Origin: Acidimicrobiales bacterium | GTDB lineage: Bacteria; Actinomycetota; Acidimicrobiia; Acidimicrobiales; MedAcidi-G1 | Reading direction: 5' to 3' | NCBI GenBank assembly: GCA_029245675.1 | Contig: JAQWOV010000014.1 | Coordinates: forward strand, 1 to 24,000 | Length of the DNA: 24,000 nucleotides | Shown: positions 15,842 through 24,000 of the stretch, in pieces | Numbering within the stretch: the stretch's first letter is position 1 | Layout: the number at the start of each line of letters is the position of its first letter | Position numbers and translations under genes: made by a program | The notes under the pieces: generated by a model | What the model saw: the letters and a program-made list of their open reading frames with translations, nothing else | Told to the model about the DNA's origin: nothing | The model's database searches: none

Positions 15842-18800
15842 TACTCAATCAACTACTTGAGCGTCTCGAGGACGAAAAGGCCCTAGGCAGTCTTTTTGGT
15901 AGGCGAAGCGCGACCTTGGCTGTAGCCGAACCCGCCCGAGCCATCGTTTTAGCATCTCTCATAGAACGAGCGGAACGCCGACCTGTAGTAGTAGCAGTAC
16001 CAACAGGCTCAGAGGCTGAACGTTTGAGTAACGATTTGAAGAACTTCCTTGAACCTTCTGAGGTGGCACTGTTCCCAGCTTGGGAGACGCTTCCTTTCGA
16101 AAGGGTTAGCCCGGCAATAGAAACAATGGGTCGACGAATGCAGATACTTCATCAACTATCTGACCCGGAGACCTGTCCAAAAGTAATTGTTGCTTCAGGA
16201 AAAGCTTTGGTACAGCAAGTAGGACCATATTCAAAGAGAAGAAAACCTTTACAACTAATCCTGAATGAAGAGATTGATCAAAGCGAAGTTATTTCTACTC
16301 TTGTTTCAGTTGGATATAGAAGGGAATATCAAGTTGAACACCGGGGAGAATTTGCTGTTCGAGGATCAATAATCGATCTTTGGCCTTCAACATCTGAAGC
16401 TCCAATCCGAGTAGATCTATGGGGAGATGAGATAGAGAGACTCACAGAGTTCAGCGTAGCTACTCAGCGATCAACTCTTGAATACAAGAAAGTTGAAGTT
16501 TTTCCTTGCAGAGAACTCCTCCCCACAGAAGAAGTAAAAGAGAGGGCGCAGCAACTAATAACGGAACAGCCGTGGGGTCGTGAACAATGGGAACGCTTAA
16601 CAAATGGTGAACTCTTTGATGGGATGGAATCTTGGCTTCCGTGGATTACTCCCCAAGAGCAAGTTCTCTTTGATTTCATCGGAGATAATGGAATCGTAGT
16701 TCTGATCGAACCACAAAGACTTAGAGACAGAATTTTAGATCTCCGTGCTGAAGAAGCAGATCTTGTCGCAGTACTTGCGGATACGTGGGGTGCAGAAAAT
16801 AACGAATTCCCTCAACTTCACACAAAGTGGGATCGCCTTCTTGAACACACTGATTCACCGCGTTGGTCTATAGCTGCTACGCCTGAAGGACCTGAGTCAT
16901 CCATAGTCTCAGCACATGGCTGGAGTCGCTCAGCCGGAGGAGAAGAAAGCGTAGTTCAATCATTATCAAAACTGTTGTCAGATGGTTACCAAGTACTACT
17001 TGTCGCAGATGGAGATGGAACAGCAAATCGGTTGACCGAAAACATGGCAAAAGAAGGTATTGAATTACAGCGATCCTCTGAACCGCCGAATTTTTCAAAC
17101 CCGTCTGGTCAAATAACTGTTGGATCGTTAGAACGAGGTTTTGTACTCACAAATTCCCGACTTGCAGTTATTACAGAGGCAGAACTTACCGGAAGAAGAC
17201 GAACACACCGTCCGAGGGGGCCAAGACGTAAAGCGGCGGTCAGAGTGTTTGAGGATTTGCATCCTGGGGATTACGTAGTTCATGAATTCCATGGAGTTGC
17301 AAAATTCTCAGGTCTTGTAACCCGAACTTTGGGCGGTGTAGAACGCGATTATCTTCTTTTGGAATACCGCGGAGATGACCGCCTGTATCTACCTACCGAC
17401 CAGATTGATGCCATACGCCCCTATACCGGAGGAGATTCTCCAACTCTCAGTCGTATGGGAGGGGCTGATTGGGAACGATCTCGAGCACGAGTTCGTTCTG
17501 CGGCATCAGAAATAGCTCAAGAATTAGTCCTTCTTTACCAAAAACGCATTACGACAAAAGGTCATTCATTTGGACCAGACACTCCTTGGCAGCAAGAAAT
17601 GGAACAATCGTTTCCTTTTCAAGAAACTCCAGATCAGAACTCAGCAATCAAAAGCGTCAAAGAAGATATGGAGAACTCTTTGCCAATGGATCGGCTTGTT
17701 TGCGGAGACGTCGGGTTCGGAAAAACCGAAATAGCGATCAGAGCTGTTTTTAAAGCAGTGCAAGATGGAAAACAGGCAGCGATTCTGGTACCTACAACTC
17801 TCTTAGCGCAGCAGCATGGACAGACATTTGCTGATCGATTTGCACCATATCCAATAAGAGTTGAGGTGCTGAGCCGATTCCTTACCGCCGCTGAATCACG
17901 AAGAGTAATCAGAGATATTGAAAATGGAACTGTTGATGTGGTGATCGGTACTCATCGTTTGTTGTCGGGTGATGTGAAATTTCAGAAACTAGGGCTTCTA
18001 GTTGTAGACGAAGAGCAGCGTTTTGGCGTTACACATAAAGAAGCAATAAAACAGATAAAGAGTAATGTTGATGTGCTTACCCTGACAGCAACTCCGATTC
18101 CAAGAACATTAGAAATGTCACTAACAGGGATACGAGACCTAAGCCTTCTTAATACTCCGCCTGCTGATCGCCAACCGATACTCACTTATGTCGGTGAATA
18201 TGATGAACGTGCCGCTGTTGAAGCAATACGAAGAGAACTCCTAAGAGAAGGTCAAGTCTTTTTTGTTCACAACCGGGTAGCCGACATAGAACAAGTTGCC
18301 GGAGGGCTAAAAGAGCTTGTACCTGAAGCACGAATAGCTGTAGCCCATGGTCAGATGGAGGAGTCTGCACTGGAATCTGTAGTTCTTGATTTCTGGGAAG
18401 GCATTTACGACGTTTTGGTTTGTACGACAATCATTGAATCAGGTATTGATATGCCGACGGTTAATACTCTTGTAGTAGATCGAGCAGATTTACTTGGATT
18501 AGGCCAAATGCATCAGTTAAGAGGACGCGTGGGGAGAGCAGGGCAACGCGCTTACGCTTATTTATTCACCCCTACTGACAGGTCTCTCTCAGAAGAAGCG
18601 TATGAACGACTTAGAACCATTGGAGAAACAACAGAACTTGGGTCTGGATTTCGGATAGCTATGCGAGACTTAGAGATAAGAGGCGCTGGAAACATTTTAG
18701 GAACAGGGCAAAGTGGACATATCGCAGCAGTGGGTTATGACCTGTATTGCCAGATGGTTACAGAGGCTGTAGCGGAACTTACCGGAAAAATTTCTGAGAA

Positions 18801-19320
18801 GCCTCTAGAGATACGCGTTGAGATACCTGTTGATGCACATCTACCGAAAGATTATGTTTCAAGAAGTGATCTTCGTCTTGAGGCGTACCGTCGCTTAGCT
18901 GCTGCAGGAATCAACTCGGAAATAGAAAGTGTTGATGAGGTACAAGCCGAGTGGGAAGACCGGTATGGTCCAGTTCCAGATCCCGCTATGGCTCTCTTAG
19001 CGGTGGGAAGATTACGTGCTCTTTGTTCCCAGTTAGGAATATCTGAAGTTATTGTTTCTCGAGTTCCAGGCGGGTTCAATCCGGGAAAAACAGAATACAT
19101 AGCACGATGCTCTCCTGTAGATCTGCCTCTTAGCCGACAAGCACGTTTACAACGACTATTTGAAGGATCAATCTATAAAACTGATCAGAAGGTTTTACAT
19201 CTTCCAATACCACAACCTCTAGATGAAGGAACCCCAGGCGAATTAGCGATCAAATTATCAGAAATGCTTAAAGATCTTGTTCCGACCGCTGATTTGGCTG
19301 ATTCTCCCATAACCTCCTAG
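15838..19320 (+). CDS. mfd: Transcription-repair coupling factor
   Basis: 1160 aa from GTG overlapping the pth stop; CarD-like RNAP-interacting domain (PGDYVVHEFHGVAKFSG), CGDVGFGKTEIAIRA, LLVVDEEQRFGVTHKE, RVGRAGQRAYAYL, C-terminal TRCF domain. Confidence 0.98.
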   Translation: MILNQLLERLEDEKALGSLFGRRSATLAVAEPARAIVLASLIERAERRPVVVAVPTGSEAERLSNDLKNFLEPSEVALFPAWETLPFERVSPAIETMGRRMQILHQLSDPETCPKVIVASGKALVQQVGPYSKRRKPLQLILNEEIDQSEVISTLVSVGYRREYQVEHRGEFAVRGSIIDLWPSTSEAPIRVDLWGDEIERLTEFSVATQRSTLEYKKVEVFPCRELLPTEEVKERAQQLITEQPWGREQWERLTNGELFDGMESWLPWITPQEQVLFDFIGDNGIVVLIEPQRLRDRILDLRAEEADLVAVLADTWGAENNEFPQLHTKWDRLLEHTDSPRWSIAATPEGPESSIVSAHGWSRSAGGEESVVQSLSKLLSDGYQVLLVADGDGTANRLTENMAKEGIELQRSSEPPNFSNPSGQITVGSLERGFVLTNSRLAVITEAELTGRRRTHRPRGPRRKAAVRVFEDLHPGDYVVHEFHGVAKFSGLVTRTLGGVERDYLLLEYRGDDRLYLPTDQIDAIRPYTGGDSPTLSRMGGADWERSRARVRSAASEIAQELVLLYQKRITTKGHSFGPDTPWQQEMEQSFPFQETPDQNSAIKSVKEDMENSLPMDRLVCGDVGFGKTEIAIRAVFKAVQDGKQAAILVPTTLLAQQHGQTFADRFAPYPIRVEVLSRFLTAAESRRVIRDIENGTVDVVIGTHRLLSGDVKFQKLGLLVVDEEQRFGVTHKEAIKQIKSNVDVLTLTATPIPRTLEMSLTGIRDLSLLNTPPADRQPILTYVGEYDERAAVEAIRRELLREGQVFFVHNRVADIEQVAGGLKELVPEARIAVAHGQMEESALESVVLDFWEGIYDVLVCTTIIESGIDMPTVNTLVVDRADLLGLGQMHQLRGRVGRAGQRAYAYLFTPTDRSLSEEAYERLRTIGETTELGSGFRIAMRDLEIRGAGNILGTGQSGHIAAVGYDLYCQMVTEAVAELTGKISEKPLEIRVEIPVDAHLPKDYVSRSDLRLEAYRRLAAAGINSEIESVDEVQAEWEDRYGPVPDPAMALLAVGRLRALCSQLGISEVIVSRVPGGFNPGKTEYIARCSPVDLPLSRQARLQRLFEGSIYKTDQKVLHLPIPQPLDEGTPGELAIKLSEMLKDLVPTADLADSPITS

Positions 19321-19323
19321 ACG

Positions 19324-20202
19324 ATGAAAACTTTTTTCCGATTTTTAGTCATAAGTGCTTTGCTCGTTGTTTCTGCTTGTGGATCATCGAGTAATGCTAT
19401 TGAAGTTGGACGGGTCTCTCTTGATCGAGAGACCTTGAATGACTGGATTAACGAACGCGGTTATTACGGAGATGCTGATGCTGTAGAAAATCTTGATATC
19501 TCTTTGGGAGTGATTCAGCAACTCATTGAATTCGAAGCTTTAGCTGACCTTCTCGCTGATTATGAAGTAGTTCCCTCTAAAACCGATCTCGAACTTGCTG
19601 AAGAACAATTATTAGAAAACGGTTTCGAATCGGATTCTCCAGTTCTAGAACGACTCAAAGTTTGGCAATCCACTTTGAATTTGGCGAATCAGTTTGGGTC
19701 CGGGGTTCAGGCAGCCTATGAAGAGCATGCTCATCTAGCGGGTCATGATCTATGCACAAGTCATATTCTTGTTTCGACTCGACAAGAAGCCGAAGGGTTA
19801 ATCAATTCGCTTGACGACGGAGCAAACTTCTCTGAATTAGCGGTCACCTTTTCGCAAGATCCCGGTTCGGGAAGTCAGGGCGGAGATCTTGGTTGTGTAA
19901 CAACAGGAGCTTTTGTTCCAGAGTTTGAACGAGCAGTCCTTGGCGCTCTTCAACAATTGGAAGTAGTCCCTGAAGAAACCGTAATAGGTCCAGTTCAAAG
20001 TCAATTCGGGTTTCACATTATTCGAATTGATGAAGTAAAACCTGTTGATCCTCCATCTTTTGAAGAAGCAGGACAAAAGGCACTTCAACAACTGGTTGAA
20101 TTTGCAACTATGACTCGCTCTATTTCTCTTGACGCGAGATACGGAAGCTGGGATCCAGTTATTGGGAAAGTAAACCCTCCATCCGGTCCAACTATTAATT
20201 AA
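19324..20202 (+). CDS. Lipoprotein foldase, PpiC/parvulin-type peptidyl-prolyl isomerase
   Basis: 292 aa; lipobox VSAC, TSHILVSTRQEAEGLINSLDDGANFSELAVTFSQDPGSGSQGGDLGCVTTGAFVPEFERAV...FGFHIIRID. Confidence 0.92.
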   Translation: MKTFFRFLVISALLVVSACGSSSNAIEVGRVSLDRETLNDWINERGYYGDADAVENLDISLGVIQQLIEFEALADLLADYEVVPSKTDLELAEEQLLENGFESDSPVLERLKVWQSTLNLANQFGSGVQAAYEEHAHLAGHDLCTSHILVSTRQEAEGLINSLDDGANFSELAVTFSQDPGSGSQGGDLGCVTTGAFVPEFERAVLGALQQLEVVPEETVIGPVQSQFGFHIIRIDEVKPVDPPSFEEAGQKALQQLVEFATMTRSISLDARYGSWDPVIGKVNPPSGPTIN

Positions 20203-20207
20203 TTGGG

Positions 20208-20888
20208 ATGACAGACAAACGGACGGACTCTTTAGAGCAACTCATCGTTCTAATGGATCAATTACGTTTAGAGTGCCCATGGGATGCAAAACAAACTCAC
20301 ACGTCTCTTCGCTCTCATCTCCTAGAAGAAACTTATGAGGTCCTAGAAGCACTTGATGCAATGGATGAAGAGACAGGAGAGGGTTCAGAGCACCTACAGG
20401 AAGAACTTGGAGACCTTTTACTTCATATCGTTTTTCATGCTCGCATTGCAGAAGATCTTGAGCAGTTCACCCTAGAAGATGTCGCAACTCAGATTACGGA
20501 AAAACTGATTCACCGGCATCCCCATGTGTTCCCACCAGAAGGTGAAGATAGCGAAGAACCGGTTGATGTTGAACGGATGGTTTCTACATGGGAGCAAATA
20601 AAGAAAAAGGAAAAAAATCGATCTTCTGTTTTTGATGGGATACCGGCTACTTTGCCTTCGTTAGCAAGAGCCTCAAAAGTTGTTCGTAAGTCATCAATTC
20701 TTGGTTTCAACCCATCATTACCGGACTTGCATTTAGAAACAGAAGAGGATCTTGGAGAAATCTTACTCGGGCTAGTTGAGTGGGCTCGACAACACGACGT
20801 AGATCCAGAAGGCGCCTTACGGGTCACCGTTGAACAGTATGTTGCAAAGATGAGAGTCTTAGAACAAGAGAACAACTCAGAGTTTTAA
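20208..20888 (+). CDS. mazG: MazG-family nucleoside triphosphate pyrophosphohydrolase
   Basis: 226 aa; LIVLMDQLRLECPWDAKQTHTSLRSHLLEETYEVLEALD, HLQEELGDLLLHIVFHARIAED, RHPHVFP. Confidence 0.93.
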   Translation: MTDKRTDSLEQLIVLMDQLRLECPWDAKQTHTSLRSHLLEETYEVLEALDAMDEETGEGSEHLQEELGDLLLHIVFHARIAEDLEQFTLEDVATQITEKLIHRHPHVFPPEGEDSEEPVDVERMVSTWEQIKKKEKNRSSVFDGIPATLPSLARASKVVRKSSILGFNPSLPDLHLETEEDLGEILLGLVEWARQHDVDPEGALRVTVEQYVAKMRVLEQENNSEF

Positions 20889-20987
20889 GCGCCAAGCAAT
20901 CAGGGGTAAATGGACTAGTCTTTTACTTGAAGATAAATGACTGTCAATTTGATTCTTGCATTAAATAAAGCCATTGAAGGCCGGTGA

Positions 20988-22282
<1,295 letters not shown>

Positions 22283-22283
<1 letters not shown>

Positions 22284-22600
22284 TGTCAGCACGCTTTTTA
22301 TTTCCAATCGGAGCAGTGGTTGTAATTGTAGGAATTATTTTGGCTTTCGGTATAGACCCATTTAGTGACTGGCTGGACCAAAGATCTGATTCAACCTCTC
22401 TTCAATCTCAAGTAGAAGAAGTGGAGAGAAGAAACAAAGAGTATGAGTTGCAGATTGATGCATTAAATACAGATGAAGAAATAGAACGCAGAGCTCGAGA
22501 AGAATACAACTTAGTTCGACCTGAGGAAGAGGCTTACGCCGTTTTGCCCCCTCCTCCCGCGGCGCATCGAATTAAAGGGGTGTGGCCGTTTAATAATTAA
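22283..22600 (+). CDS. FtsB/DivIC-like septum formation initiator family protein
   Basis: 105 aa; single N-terminal TM, short coiled coil (LQSQVEEVERRNKEYELQIDAL), IERRAREEYNLVRPEEEAYAVLP; position directly after eno is typical. Confidence 0.85.
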
Positions 22601-22712
22601 AAATCAGTCCGGGCTCGGTCACTGAAGCCTCTAACTATTAAGATTTCTTTCCGGTAGACAGATCTGATTACGAGAGCCGATTCATCAATATTCATAGTTT
22701 GAAGGGCATGTT

Positions 22713-24000
22713 ATGAGCATTTTAGGAAATAGAGTTCTACGTCGTGAAGACCCCGCATTTCTGACCGTCGGAGCCAAATACACCGCTGATTTAGATTCTC
22801 CACTTCTCAACAATGCAGCAATGGTGACCTACGTGCGCTCAACGATGGCACACGCAAAGATATCAATTGATGCAAGTGAAGCTAAAGACATGCCCGGAGT
22901 TCTCGCAGTATTAGTAGCAGAAGATCTAGACGGTCCGAAAATACTTGCGGGCGGTAATCCGGCTTTCCCCAAACCAATGCTTAATCGACCAATTTTGGCT
23001 ATCGATACAGTTCGTTTCGTCGGAGAATGCGTTGCAGTTATTGTGAGCGAGACATCAGAACAAGGAGCAGATGCTGCAGAATCAGTTTTTGTTGACTATG
23101 AACCACTCCCAGTAGTAGTTGATATGGAAGAAGCGCGCACCGACAATGTCTTGATTTACGAAGAAGTCGGAACAAACGTAGTTTTTGATTTTTCCACAAA
23201 CGGTATGGCTACTGGGATTACAGATGAATCATTTTTCTCATCGTGTGATGTAGTTGTATCTGGACGGGTTGGTCATCAACGAACAGCAGCGGCGCCACTT
23301 GAAGTGCGTTCAACTGCTGCAGCTTGGGACGAAGACAAGTTGGTCTTCTGGACATCAAATCAGGGGCCACAAGGAGTCAAAGGCAGTCTTGAATCTTTCT
23401 ATGGAGATCAAGCAACAGGAGGCGTTCAGGTAATTATTCCCGACGTTGGGGGCGGATTCGGAGCAAAAATATCTCCATATCCAGAAGATATTCTTCTTCC
23501 ATGGCTAGCTAAGCAAGTAGGAAGACCTGTCCGTTGGTTTGAAACCCGCACAGAAAACATGCTTGCTATGGGCCCTGGACGAGCACACGTTCATCAGTTC
23601 ACTCTCGGAGGAAGCAAGGATGGAAAACTTTCTCACTATCGTCTTGAAGTATTAGTTGATTCTGGGGCTTACGCTCGTCTCGGAGCGTTTCTTCCAATGT
23701 TCACACTTCCAATGGCAGTGGGCGTATACGAAATTGAGAATGTAGAAACTGATGCAATTACGGTAGTTACAAATACCACTCCTACTGAGGCTTATCGAGG
23801 AGCAGGCAGGCCTGAAGCAACCCTAACGATTGAAAGAGCAGTTGAACTCTGGGCTGCCGAAGCTGGTATAGACCCGATAGAAGTAAGGCGGAAAAATTTT
23901 CTTGCAGCAGACTCCTTCCCAGTGACGACAGGCGTGGGGACGGTATATGACAGTGGCGACTACGAACGAAGTCTTGATCTCGCTCTTGAAGCAGCAGGGT
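22713..24000 (+). CDS. Xanthine dehydrogenase/aldehyde oxidase-family molybdopterin-binding subunit, 5' part (runs off window)
   Basis: Open frame from ATG 22713: MSILGNRVLRREDPAFLTVGAKYTADLDSPLL...VRSTMAHAKI...IIPDVGGGFGAKISPYPED...NTTPTEAYRGAGRPEATLTIERAVE. Confidence 0.93.
   Translation, partial: MSILGNRVLRREDPAFLTVGAKYTADLDSPLLNNAAMVTYVRSTMAHAKISIDASEAKDMPGVLAVLVAEDLDGPKILAGGNPAFPKPMLNRPILAIDTVRFVGECVAVIVSETSEQGADAAESVFVDYEPLPVVVDMEEARTDNVLIYEEVGTNVVFDFSTNGMATGITDESFFSSCDVVVSGRVGHQRTAAAPLEVRSTAAAWDEDKLVFWTSNQGPQGVKGSLESFYGDQATGGVQVIIPDVGGGFGAKISPYPEDILLPWLAKQVGRPVRWFETRTENMLAMGPGRAHVHQFTLGGSKDGKLSHYRLEVLVDSGAYARLGAFLPMFTLPMAVGVYEIENVETDAITVVTNTTPTEAYRGAGRPEATLTIERAVELWAAEAGIDPIEVRRKNFLAADSFPVTTGVGTVYDSGDYERSLDLALEAAG

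Noticed and set aside
16464-19100. Several minus-strand ORFs (71-82 aa) inside mfd, and a 94-aa plus-strand ORF at 17469-17753
   Set aside because: All lie within the strongly conserved mfd frame; shadow ORFs without family signatures.
20510-20875. 121-aa minus-strand ORF opposite mazG
   Set aside because: Antisense to a clear MazG domain; composition typical of shadow ORFs.

Overview
The window reads as a compact, AT-leaning actinobacterial chromosome segment, possibly Acidimicrobiia-like (inferred from gene content and order only). It has two conserved housekeeping blocks: (1) ychF - DUF192-like - rsmI - metG - tatD - rpf-like - rsmA - ispE; (2) prs - rplY/ctc - pth - mfd - parvulin-type foldase - mazG - eno - ftsB/divIC-like, followed by the 5' part of a xanthine-dehydrogenase-family molybdopterin subunit. 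Between them lies a more accessory stretch: a tightly coupled aldo/keto reductase + Gfo/Idh/MocA + SsuD-type monooxygenase cassette, a tRNA-Gln(TTG), an Asp/Trp-rich repeat lipoprotein and a PhyH-family dioxygenase. The left edge has a minus-strand queF-like gene and the N-terminus of a lipoprotein. Two very small ribosomal-protein-like genes absent from the supplied ORF track are readable: a bL37-like ORF (681-770, minus) and a bS22/AURKAIP1-like ORF (11084-11182, minus). I see no CRISPR array, transposon, phage or toxin-antitoxin system. The leads most worth follow-up are the three-gene cassette (hypothesis: oxidative organosulfonate/sulfoquinovose breakdown), the repeat lipoprotein, and a long imperfect stem between prs and rplY. 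No clear new defence or mobile system is present.
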